From IMG/VR virus record IMGVR_UViG_3300011116_001007: a stretch of DNA of 64,000 nt; one strand, 5' to 3'. The translations under genes were made by a program, and so were the position numbers. The notes beneath the pieces are model-generated. The model was not told the DNA's origin and made no database searches. It saw nothing but the letters and a program-made list of their open reading frames with translations. Below are positions 48,680-57,724 of this stretch, one piece after another. Position 1 is the stretch's first letter; every line of letters begins with the position of its first letter. The stretch comes from a virus (Duplodnaviria > Caudoviricetes).

Positions 48680-49263
48680 ACAAAGGTCTTGCGCTAGGAT
48701 GTAGCCATACCGCCGGTGTAGGAATCAACTACTCTGATTGTTATGTAACTTTTTTAAGTCAGCACTATCAGACTACTATTAAAAATTTAGCAGTGCCTGG
48801 CGGCAGTCATGAACAAGTTGAAAGCAATCTAATAAATGAGATCAAAAATGATTGCCCAGATTTTGTAATAGTACAATGGCCAAATCCATTCCGGCGTACA
48901 ATTTGGAATGGCGAACGCTCAAATTTAGAAAATATAACAAATGCAAGTTCGGTGTTTAAGCAATTACTAAAGCTAGGGGAAAAAAATTTTTATACCCCGT
49001 GGATACAAAGCATTGTTACCTGTAACACTGTTTGCACTGTGGCCAAAGTACCAATTGTAAATATCATGTTAGAAAATCTTGAAGAACAATATTATTTAAA
49101 ATTAAAAAAAGAAGGTATTGTTTTACATGTGGATGAAAAACTTCCTGGAAAAACTTGGTTGTTTGATAGTGCTGCCAATGACAATATGCATCATAGTGCC
49201 CGGTGCCATAGAGCATGGGCCGATAGACTTGTAGGATTAATAGATGAAAATACCGCACGATAA
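48676..49263 (+). CDS. SGNH-like hydrolase/acyltransferase-like protein (AT-rich)
   Basis: LGCSHTAG, NLAVPGGS, terminal DNMHH (DxxH). Confidence 0.6.
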   Translation: MNKGLALGCSHTAGVGINYSDCYVTFLSQHYQTTIKNLAVPGGSHEQVESNLINEIKNDCPDFVIVQWPNPFRRTIWNGERSNLENITNASSVFKQLLKLGEKNFYTPWIQSIVTCNTVCTVAKVPIVNIMLENLEEQYYLKLKKEGIVLHVDEKLPGKTWLFDSAANDNMHHSARCHRAWADRLVGLIDENTAR

Positions 49264-50455
49264 ATTTTGTGTTTTGCCTTGGATCAGTATCGAAGCCAGC
49301 CCAATTGGCACAGTACGACCCTGCTGTTTAGCCGATGATGAAATTGTGGACGACAACGGTGAAAAATTTCAACTGGCCACAGCAGACTTTGCTGACATAC
49401 AAAACAGCAATCACATGCGTGATTTGCGTGGAGATTTTTTAGCAGGAAAAAAACCTCAGACATGTCGTAAGTGTTGGAATGAAGAACGATCAGGCCGCAC
49501 AAGCAAACGTATGCACACATTAGATCGTCTAAAACATGTTCTCAAAGATCAAGAGTGGACCAGTGATGCTAAACCGCTGATGTTCCTGGATCTCAAGCTG
49601 GGTAATATCTGCAATCTCAAATGTAGAATATGCGGTTCATGGTCAAGTTCTCAATTTGCCAGTGAAGAAATTGCCTGGCTGCCCCGAGAGGAACAAAAAA
49701 CTAGTCACGCTTATCAGATGCTACGAGCTGGAGCCTGGCCCAAAGAAAACACACAATTCTGGACTCAGATTGATAGTGTATTGTCTGACATACGTTACAT
49801 TGAATTCACCGGCGGCGAACCTTTCATGATTGAACAACATTTTGACATGTTGCAAGGCATAGTAGATCGTGGTATTGCAGCTCAAGTAGAAATACACTAC
49901 AACACCAACGGCACACAATGGCCCGAGCGCGGACCAGAAATTTGGCGGCATTTTAAAACAGTAGAAGTGGCATTTAGTATAGACGATGTGGGGGCCAGAT
50001 TTGATTATCAACGCACCAACGCAGACTGGGCAGTGGTGTTAGACAATATTACAAGTTTTCAATATCTTAAAGATCAACTGCCCAACTTGCGGTTACAATG
50101 CTGTTCAACAGTGAATGTGTTCAATGTGCGTTACATTGATGAACTGGCACGCTGGATAGCCCTGCAACGGTTTGACTTTGTGTACTGGAACATGATGCAT
50201 GACGCCTGGTACTTTAGCATAGCCACTTTGCCCGACACTGCAAAAACACAAATTATTGCACACCTAGAATCGGCCAATGTGCCCGATCAATACCAAGACG
50301 AATTTGAGCGCATAGTAGATTTCATGCGTAACGGAGCATCCACCGACGGATTCATGACACGTATGAAGATAGCCGATCTAGACAGAAAACGCAATCAAGA
50401 TTTACGAACAGTGGCTCCTGAATTTGCACAGATAATAGAATACACAGGTCCATGA
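49244..50455 (+). CDS. Radical SAM protein with N-terminal SPASM/Twitch domain
   Basis: CVLPW..GTVRPCC..CRKCW, then CNLKCRIC and TGGEPF. Confidence 0.92.
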   Translation: MKIPHDKFCVLPWISIEASPIGTVRPCCLADDEIVDDNGEKFQLATADFADIQNSNHMRDLRGDFLAGKKPQTCRKCWNEERSGRTSKRMHTLDRLKHVLKDQEWTSDAKPLMFLDLKLGNICNLKCRICGSWSSSQFASEEIAWLPREEQKTSHAYQMLRAGAWPKENTQFWTQIDSVLSDIRYIEFTGGEPFMIEQHFDMLQGIVDRGIAAQVEIHYNTNGTQWPERGPEIWRHFKTVEVAFSIDDVGARFDYQRTNADWAVVLDNITSFQYLKDQLPNLRLQCCSTVNVFNVRYIDELARWIALQRFDFVYWNMMHDAWYFSIATLPDTAKTQIIAHLESANVPDQYQDEFERIVDFMRNGASTDGFMTRMKIADLDRKRNQDLRTVAPEFAQIIEYTGP

Positions 50456-51459
50456 CTGTTGTATTAATGTTTCCGGCCAGTCTGACGCCCTGGCACACTC
50501 AATGCATGCTGCAAGGATGTCCATTTGAGATTTTTGATCCAGATATCGAGTACCCAACCTCAACTGTATTTTTATACAACATGTATGGTCCTTACCAGGA
50601 ATATATCAAGCAACATCTTGATCAAGGGTACCGAGTCATATATGATGCCAAAAATGAACACTATGTGAATCCTGACAAACATTGGGTGCTGGACGAATTT
50701 GTGGCACATCCAGGTCAAGGAATGTTTTTGATATCCGGACATGAGCCACAAACAATTGCTGGAGTAACAATAGCAGCCACACCTTATTGGTATTGGATAA
50801 TTGACCAGACAGAGTTTAAAAAATTTGGATACGACCAGTATCGGTGGAACCCCACATACAAATTTGATTTTTTCATGCAGATAAGCCTGCCTAGAGTCGA
50901 CAGAGACGTGCTGTATGATATAATGGCGCCTGTGTTGCATCGCGGATTACACAGTTATCGCAGTCGTGGAATATTTTTGCCCAATGATGTTGACACAACA
51001 GCAGTACCGGATTGGCAACGATATACTAATTTTGATTGGATTGATCAATGCAATCTCACCGTGATAGTGGAAACTAACATCGACGACGCTACCATAACTG
51101 GAACCAGTATAACAAAAAATGATCAGTGGTTCTTGTGCGAAAAAACTTATAAACCTATTGCGTATGGCCATCCTTTTTTACAAGCAGGCACCTGCGGCAA
51201 TTTAAATTATGTACGGCAGCAAGGATTTGAAACTTTTCCCGAACTATGGGATGAAAGCTATAGCAATTTGCCACACTACACTGATCGCGTCCGTGCTATA
51301 ATGAGTATCATCCAATCATTTGACCCTGCTGCATTGTCAATGCCCATTGTTCGAGAAAAATTAAAATACAATCAAGCAAGATTTTTTGACAAAGAGTTAA
51401 CCGCAAAATTCCTAGCAGAAACCATCACAAATCCTATTATTGAGTTTGCCAATGACTAA
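50452..51459 (+). CDS. Glycosyltransferase-like 'TEK..KP' family protein, paralogue 4
   Basis: VIVET...FLCEKTYKPIAYGHPFL..G...YVRQQGFETFPELWDESY. Confidence 0.55.
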   Translation: MTVVLMFPASLTPWHTQCMLQGCPFEIFDPDIEYPTSTVFLYNMYGPYQEYIKQHLDQGYRVIYDAKNEHYVNPDKHWVLDEFVAHPGQGMFLISGHEPQTIAGVTIAATPYWYWIIDQTEFKKFGYDQYRWNPTYKFDFFMQISLPRVDRDVLYDIMAPVLHRGLHSYRSRGIFLPNDVDTTAVPDWQRYTNFDWIDQCNLTVIVETNIDDATITGTSITKNDQWFLCEKTYKPIAYGHPFLQAGTCGNLNYVRQQGFETFPELWDESYSNLPHYTDRVRAIMSIIQSFDPAALSMPIVREKLKYNQARFFDKELTAKFLAETITNPIIEFAND

Positions 51460-52741
51460 ACCAGACACATTGTGCATGGCACCTTGGGTGCATACCTATC
51501 TCTCTCCGCAGACCGAGCGTCGCATGTGCTGTGCATCTAGAGAACCTGCACAAAATTTTGAACAATACATTGATACTGCATCAGGCACAGGTACTTACAT
51601 ACCAATCACCCTAGAACAGCATTGGAACAGTGATCACATGCGATCAGTCCGTCGCCGCATGATGGCTGGAGAACGCCTGTCTGAATGTGAAGTTTGCAAT
51701 GATCAGCTACTGAACACTGATGTTTACCGCACATATTTTTGGCAACTTTTTAAACATAAATATTCAGACGCAATGGCAGCTACCGGTAAAGATGGATTTT
51801 ATGAACCGTTGCCAGTGAGTTGGGATTATAGATTTAGTAACTTTTGTAATTTTAAATGTAGAACTTGCGGAGACATGTTGAGCAGTGCTTGGGAGTCAGA
51901 ACAAAAGACACACCGCATGGTCGACTGGAGCAATTCCAAAAACAACTGGATGCGTCCCGAAGTGCGAAAAAAGATCACTCAGTTCCAAGACAGTCAAATT
52001 GAGCAAGAGTTTAGCGATGCCGTAGAACAGCACAGAGTAGAAGAAGTATACTGGGTAGGCGGCGAACCCTTGATGTACGAACAGCACTGGCAGTACATGC
52101 AGCGCATAATAGAATTAGGGGACGGACCAAGAGTATATGCTAGATACAATACAAACTTATCAAGAGTGGATTATCGCGGGATCAACTTGTATCGCGATAT
52201 TTTGTCTGGGCTTAGGGATTGGCAGATATGTGCAAGTCTCGACGGCACAGGCCCAATTGGAGAATACATTAGAACAGGCCTTGACTATGATCAATGGCTT
52301 GAAAACTTCCGTGGAGCAATTGCAATCCAACGTCACCCACGTCAAGTCAGAATTGACTTTACGCTCACTCTGCCCGGAATGTTTGAAGTTGGCCCGATTA
52401 CAGAACTCGCTGGACAACTTGGCGTCGATGTCTTGGCCAAAGTGATCTTCTCATTCAGCCCTGACATTGTAATGAGCCCGTTGGCACTGCCTAGGCATTT
52501 GTTGCATCCGTGGTTGGATGAATTGATTGCCAAAACATCAGGTGCCATGCAGGCGGTATTGATGCAGTTAAAAAATCGACCCACTTTTGAAGAACAATGG
52601 CCGGATACCTATCAACAAAGTCTTGCCCAAGGTCGTGCTCGTGTGTTACAATTGGAACAGATAAGAACACAATCTGTAACAATGACTGATATCCTATCAG
52701 CCAGACCTGCGGTATTAAAATGGTGGATGAACATTGCTTAA
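51452..52741 (+). CDS. Radical SAM protein with N-terminal SPASM/Twitch domain
   Basis: Start reassigned to ATG 51452; CMAPW..RMCC..CEVC, then CNFKCRTC and VGGEPL. Confidence 0.9.
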   Translation: MTKPDTLCMAPWVHTYLSPQTERRMCCASREPAQNFEQYIDTASGTGTYIPITLEQHWNSDHMRSVRRRMMAGERLSECEVCNDQLLNTDVYRTYFWQLFKHKYSDAMAATGKDGFYEPLPVSWDYRFSNFCNFKCRTCGDMLSSAWESEQKTHRMVDWSNSKNNWMRPEVRKKITQFQDSQIEQEFSDAVEQHRVEEVYWVGGEPLMYEQHWQYMQRIIELGDGPRVYARYNTNLSRVDYRGINLYRDILSGLRDWQICASLDGTGPIGEYIRTGLDYDQWLENFRGAIAIQRHPRQVRIDFTLTLPGMFEVGPITELAGQLGVDVLAKVIFSFSPDIVMSPLALPRHLLHPWLDELIAKTSGAMQAVLMQLKNRPTFEEQWPDTYQQSLAQGRARVLQLEQIRTQSVTMTDILSARPAVLKWWMNIA

Positions 52742-53771
52742 TTCAATTGAACTAGATTTACGAAGTGCAGACAACAAACTGCTGACTGTGTACGTTGATG
52801 TGTACGACAATAGCCTTGCACATAAATGGCTTGCAGCATTGACTCATCTGATTGATAACGAATATCATTTGGAAAAAAATTATTGTTGGCTAGGCTGGGT
52901 TGAAAGTGCTCGCTCCGTGGAATATATTTGTACTCAAATCAATTGCAGCATACATGCAATCAACGCAGCAGGACTGGGTTATGTAATACAAGATTTTTTT
53001 ACACCATCCAATACCACTACAGACGATGGAAAAATTGATCATGCACACATGAATCAATTACATAGTTATTTTGAAGATCTGCAAGGAGTGTCTGGAGCAA
53101 TGAGTCCATATTACAACATTGCTGACAATACCACAAGATGGCACATACGTCAATTGAACTTGCTGTGTCATGAACTAGAAAGTCTGGTGTTGAGTATTCG
53201 TAAATTAAAAACGGCACCCGAATGGCGCCGACCATCACAGTTGATGTGTTGGTTACAATCTCCAAGATTCTTGCTAGAACCAGAAGACTATGAACTGTTT
53301 GGTATTGACACAATCAATCGAGAATTAGGCGGTGTATATGTAGGAGTAAATAAAGCAGTAGGAAAACATCACTGGGAAGTTTTCAATGATGAAGGACGAG
53401 ACAGTCGAGTTGGCGAACTTGCTACCAGCACACTCAGATCTCAAACTGAAGCAGCTGGCGATTTTGATATTGAGTGGGCAAATAATCCTGGCGCCTTTCC
53501 GTGGCAAATCAAAATGCTTGGAGAATTCCGCACCTGGTTGATAAAAAATGGATTTGATCCTGATGATAAAACGTTGACCATTGGACATCCTAAAATCGCA
53601 CAAGTAGATTTGGTTCGCAGTTTTGGTACCACAGATTACAGTAAAATTTGGGAAAAAATATCAGCACATCTAGATGTGTATAAAATACGAACTGGAACAG
53701 TCGAAGCTACATACGACTATCGCTGGAGCGATGAGGACTATGATCAACAACAAATAAAGGAATTGTCATGA
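52734..53771 (+). CDS. Hypothetical protein (345 aa)
   Basis: Long ORF, TTG start, overlaps both neighbours; no family recognised. Confidence 0.75.
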   Translation: MLNSIELDLRSADNKLLTVYVDVYDNSLAHKWLAALTHLIDNEYHLEKNYCWLGWVESARSVEYICTQINCSIHAINAAGLGYVIQDFFTPSNTTTDDGKIDHAHMNQLHSYFEDLQGVSGAMSPYYNIADNTTRWHIRQLNLLCHELESLVLSIRKLKTAPEWRRPSQLMCWLQSPRFLLEPEDYELFGIDTINRELGGVYVGVNKAVGKHHWEVFNDEGRDSRVGELATSTLRSQTEAAGDFDIEWANNPGAFPWQIKMLGEFRTWLIKNGFDPDDKTLTIGHPKIAQVDLVRSFGTTDYSKIWEKISAHLDVYKIRTGTVEATYDYRWSDEDYDQQQIKELS

Positions 53772-53869
53772 ACTGGATTAAAAATTTATGGAACAGAATC
53801 ACATTAGAAATTCGCTATCGTAAAAAACTACGAGAACTTCGCAAGCGCGACCCATTCATCTACAAATGA
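53768..53869 (+). CDS. Small basic peptide (33 aa) coupled to the carbamoyltransferase
   Basis: Hand-translated MNWIKNLWNRITLEIRYRKKLRELRKRDPFIYK; ATGA overlaps at both ends exactly fill the gap. Confidence 0.75.
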   Translation: MNWIKNLWNRITLEIRYRKKLRELRKRDPFIYK

Positions 53870-55344
53870 ACTATTTGGGAATATCTGCTGGGTTTCACGA
53901 TGCAGCCGTCAGCGTGATCAGTCATGACGGCAACATCTTGTTTGCTGCTCACAGTGAACGATATAGCAAAAACAAGCATGATAAAAATCTCTGTAAAAAT
54001 TTATTGTTGGATGCAATGGATTACACAGACCCTAGCCAGATTGAGTATCACTATTACGAACGTCCCTGGGTCAAGGCCATGCGACAATTACGCAGTGGCG
54101 AAGGTTTTAAATGGCCCACCTGGAATAGATTGCTAGGAAATTCTTACAATTTCTTAGACCAACCTCAAATACACACTCATGCTCATCACTTGTGTCATGC
54201 AGCCGCAGGGTTTCAGACCAGTCCCTTCGAAGATGCCACTGTAGTGGTGATTGATGCCATTGGAGAGTTTGATACTATCACTATCTGGGACGCTTGGTAT
54301 GATTTCTCAACAGGTAAAGCTGAATACAAAAAGTTGTGGAGCATGAAGTATCCAAACAGCATTGGTTTATTCTATTCGGCAATGACCAAAAGAGTTGGGC
54401 TACGACCGCTTGATGAAGAATACATTCTAATGGGCATGGCAGCGTATGGAAAACCCATACATCTAAAGGATATGATAAATCAGTTGGTGGACAGCAAAGA
54501 TATATTCACTTTCAAGCAGAATCTACACATAGGTGTTGATGAAGATTTCTTAAAAGATGCTGACAATTACAACATCGCTAGTACGTCTCAAGAGTTGGTA
54601 GAACACATGATCTCTAGAGTAATGAGCAAAGCTAGAATGATAGGTTCTAGTAAAAATCTAGTATACGGTGGTGGAGTAGCGTTGAATTGTTTAGCAAACA
54701 GATTATTGGGGAACTTTTATGAAAAAATTTGGATCATGCCCAACCCCGGCGACGCCGGCAACAGCCTTGGCGCAGCGTGTCTGGGGTACGGTGCAAAAGT
54801 CAATTGGCGTGACTGTTTCTTGGGTCATAATATTCCTGGTGATTATCCTGTTAATTCCATTCTTGATGTATTACTCACTGACAAAATTGTTGGTGTGGCT
54901 AGTGGCCGAGCGGAGTTTGGGCCCAGGGCACTAGGCAATCGCAGCTTGTTGGCAGACCCAAGAGGCAACAAAATAAAGGATCAGGTGAATGAAATCAAAC
55001 GCAGACAAAAATTCAGACCCTTTGCTCCGGTTATTCTTGAGGAGTATGTTGATCAATATTTTGATATGCCTCGTCATTGGCACAACAGTAGGTATATGCA
55101 AGTGGTCGGTACTTGCAGGAATCCTGAGTTGTTTCCTGCTATTGTTCATCACGACGGCACTAGTCGTATACAAACTGTACCCAACGATGGAAGCGGAATT
55201 CGACAACTATTGGAAAAGTGGCATTTTATGACCGGCTGCCCGATGCTATTAAATACCAGTCTAAACATACGCAATGAGCCCATGGTCAATGACCGTACAG
55301 ATGCTGATAGATTTGAAAAATTATACAAAATAAAAGTGTGCTAA
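53866..55344 (+). CDS. Carbamoyltransferase (NodU/CmcH family)
   Basis: GISAGFHDAAV, HHLCHAAAG, VIDAIGE, GGVALNC, EFGPRALGNRS, FRPFAP, LLNTSLN. Confidence 0.95.
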   Translation: MNYLGISAGFHDAAVSVISHDGNILFAAHSERYSKNKHDKNLCKNLLLDAMDYTDPSQIEYHYYERPWVKAMRQLRSGEGFKWPTWNRLLGNSYNFLDQPQIHTHAHHLCHAAAGFQTSPFEDATVVVIDAIGEFDTITIWDAWYDFSTGKAEYKKLWSMKYPNSIGLFYSAMTKRVGLRPLDEEYILMGMAAYGKPIHLKDMINQLVDSKDIFTFKQNLHIGVDEDFLKDADNYNIASTSQELVEHMISRVMSKARMIGSSKNLVYGGGVALNCLANRLLGNFYEKIWIMPNPGDAGNSLGAACLGYGAKVNWRDCFLGHNIPGDYPVNSILDVLLTDKIVGVASGRAEFGPRALGNRSLLADPRGNKIKDQVNEIKRRQKFRPFAPVILEEYVDQYFDMPRHWHNSRYMQVVGTCRNPELFPAIVHHDGTSRIQTVPNDGSGIRQLLEKWHFMTGCPMLLNTSLNIRNEPMVNDRTDADRFEKLYKIKVC

Positions 55345-56022
55345 ATGAATCATAAAAAATTTAAACTCTACGAGAAAAAAGCCTTGAAGACTGTGTACTC
55401 TGAACAAGGCGGCAGTTTTCACAATGTGGTAATTGAAACCCATGCAAAAAGTTTCTTACCAAAATTAAATGTCAACCCAGATTCACTGATTGTGGACATT
55501 GGCTGCGGCCCCGGCGAGTTCATGCAAACGGCTCGGGATCAAGGTTACAACAATCTACTTGGTGTAACCCTCAGCAAAGAAGATATCAAAGTTTGTAATA
55601 AACTAGGATTTAAAACATTGAACTCGGACATGAGTGACCTTGCACTGGATGACAACAGCGTTGATCTCATCTGGTGTAGACATGCAATAGAACACAGCCC
55701 TTATCCGTTGTTTACACTGTACGAATTTCATAGAGTGCTCAAAGATCAGGCCATGGCGTTTATTGAAGTACCTGCACCAGACAATGATCGTGTGTTCATA
55801 CATGAAAACAACCCCAATCACTACAGCATCCTGGGCGAAAGAATGTGGCAAGGATTGTTTTACAAATCAGGATTTGACGTTGTGAGTTTTCATCACTACA
55901 ACATGACCACTGAAGTCATTGTTGTTCCTGAACGGTCTTATTTGTTTGTGATTAAAAAATCAACTGAAAGTCTAGCAGAAAAATTCTTACGAGATTTTGA
56001 ACTCAAAATCTCAGACGATTGA
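55345..56022 (+). CDS. Class I SAM-dependent methyltransferase
   Basis: IVDIGCGPG motif I; DLIWCRHAIEH; EFHRVLK. Confidence 0.9.
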   Translation: MNHKKFKLYEKKALKTVYSEQGGSFHNVVIETHAKSFLPKLNVNPDSLIVDIGCGPGEFMQTARDQGYNNLLGVTLSKEDIKVCNKLGFKTLNSDMSDLALDDNSVDLIWCRHAIEHSPYPLFTLYEFHRVLKDQAMAFIEVPAPDNDRVFIHENNPNHYSILGERMWQGLFYKSGFDVVSFHHYNMTTEVIVVPERSYLFVIKKSTESLAEKFLRDFELKISDD

Positions 56023-56696
56023 CTTGGATGATTCATAACACCAAAAAGTTTTGGAATGACGAAAAATTGTGTCGTCCCTTTGCTTATTCAAACACAATCA
56101 CTCATAATTACAGTCAAAGCGATCAAGATATCTGGGTGTTGAGCATGCTGGACGGGCTACACGACGGTACCTATCTTGACATAGGAGCTGGCTGGCCCGA
56201 GCACATAAGCAACACAGCATTATTAGAACTACAATTTGGCTGGCGCGGTGTCAGTTTAGATTACCAAGATATGTATCCAGACATGTGGGCAGCAGCCGGA
56301 CGAAAATCATTTGTTAAAGGAGATGGGCGGACTGTAGATTTTGATCAGTTGTTATCAGACATGCCACTAGTGATTGATTATCTTTCCATTGATTGTGATC
56401 CAGGTCGGACCACATTTGAAATTTTGCAACGTATGCCTTGGGACCGATATAAATTTCGTTTGATCACATTTGAACACGAATGCTATGCAGAAGGGCCAGA
56501 AATCAAACATGCAAGTAGAAATTTTTTATGGTCACAAGGGTACCAGTTGGTAGTAAACAACATAAGTGAGAACGGCATTGCAATCGATTATGAAGATTGG
56601 TGGGCACACCCTGATCTAATAGATACCGATCGTCAGAGACTGCATGAATTAGTGGATGAATCAGTCAAAGACTATCGGCATTATCTTTACAAGTAA
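56019..56696 (+). CDS. FkbM-like methyltransferase
   Basis: YSQSDQD..V, GTYLDIGAG, SNTALLE..GWRG, IDYLSIDCD, ITFEH; start TTG 56019 or ATG 56028. Confidence 0.75.
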   Translation: MTWMIHNTKKFWNDEKLCRPFAYSNTITHNYSQSDQDIWVLSMLDGLHDGTYLDIGAGWPEHISNTALLELQFGWRGVSLDYQDMYPDMWAAAGRKSFVKGDGRTVDFDQLLSDMPLVIDYLSIDCDPGRTTFEILQRMPWDRYKFRLITFEHECYAEGPEIKHASRNFLWSQGYQLVVNNISENGIAIDYEDWWAHPDLIDTDRQRLHELVDESVKDYRHYLYK

Positions 56697-57724
56697 GTTT
56701 CTAATCCGCCGCGACGTCGTATATCTTGTGTACAACAACTGATGCCGCCGTCCCAGAAATAGCTATGTCGTAGCTCACTGATAATTGGTTCAATCTGGTG
56801 TTTACGGCAATAGTCAAACACTTCCTTGTTGTATGCACTAAAGATCACATGGTTCTCGTCTAGTACCAAGCAATTGACATCGAACACAGTTTCGGCCACA
56901 AAGCCAGTCCACTTGGTTAGGTAGGTGTTGACAAATTCAGTAAATTCAGCAGTAGGTGTTTGCCCTTGCACATACCATGCGCCTGGCGATTGTTCATATT
57001 TGAATTTGCCCACTTCCATAGCAGCCCAGATACTGCTGTCCCAGATCTTACACACATCCCAGCCAGGAAAGTCTGCAGCCAGATTTAAATTTACATCATG
57101 CTTGCTGCTCAACAACACTCCTGGTTTGAGAATAGCAAACACAGCATCTCCATGGCCGTCAGTGATTGCTTCATGCACTCGATACTCGGTGCCTAACACA
57201 TTGTCTATGATCCAGCGCGATTGTTCTGGTTTGAGAAAATCACTGTTGTCAAAGAACACATCACGACCCACACGCACAATACACGATGCTGATGCTTGAT
57301 TCAATATGCAGTCTGGATCCCAATGACTGCCGTGTGGATTGATCACGCTGCCCGGTTGTGCAGTTTCATACTCTTGGCATAAGCTATCTAATTCTTGCAT
57401 TGGCAGCACACGCAGCAATTGATCGCCCAGAGTGATCTGCCAATCTCTTGGAGTAAGCGGAGGCAGCGGAGCACCACCACCTTCAGTTTGATGCCATACA
57501 AAACTGTCTTTGTTGGGCAGGTCGGGCCGCCGCACACAAGCACCAAATTGTTCTATGGTCTTGGAGAGGTTGGCCAAATCTTCTTCCGTTTCAGCTAAGA
57601 TTTGTTGTAGTTGATTTCGAACTTGTGCATTTTCGATAAAATCAAAATAGTCCGGAGTGTATGCACGGCCAACGATTACTTCTTCAAGTGGTTGCCAGCT
57701 GGTATAAGAATTAATAATGTTCAT
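56687..57724 (-). CDS. Amidinotransferase (glycine/inosamine-phosphate amidinotransferase-like)
   Basis: SWQPLEEVIVGRA, TPRD, GHGDAVF (His), DGGISCCTQDIRR (catalytic Cys): pentein-fold amidinotransferase motifs. Confidence 0.88.
   Translation of the reverse strand: MNIINSYTSWQPLEEVIVGRAYTPDYFDFIENAQVRNQLQQILAETEEDLANLSKTIEQFGACVRRPDLPNKDSFVWHQTEGGGAPLPPLTPRDWQITLGDQLLRVLPMQELDSLCQEYETAQPGSVINPHGSHWDPDCILNQASASCIVRVGRDVFFDNSDFLKPEQSRWIIDNVLGTEYRVHEAITDGHGDAVFAILKPGVLLSSKHDVNLNLAADFPGWDVCKIWDSSIWAAMEVGKFKYEQSPGAWYVQGQTPTAEFTEFVNTYLTKWTGFVAETVFDVNCLVLDENHVIFSAYNKEVFDYCRKHQIEPIISELRHSYFWDGGISCCTQDIRRRGGLETYL

Noticed and set aside
42558-57724. 7-deazaguanine (archaeosine/preQ0) DNA modification pathway
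   Set aside because: None of the radical SAM genes looks like QueE, no QueC, QueD, FolE or DpdA is recognisable, and the amidinotransferase is of the pentein type, not ArcS/Gat-QueC.
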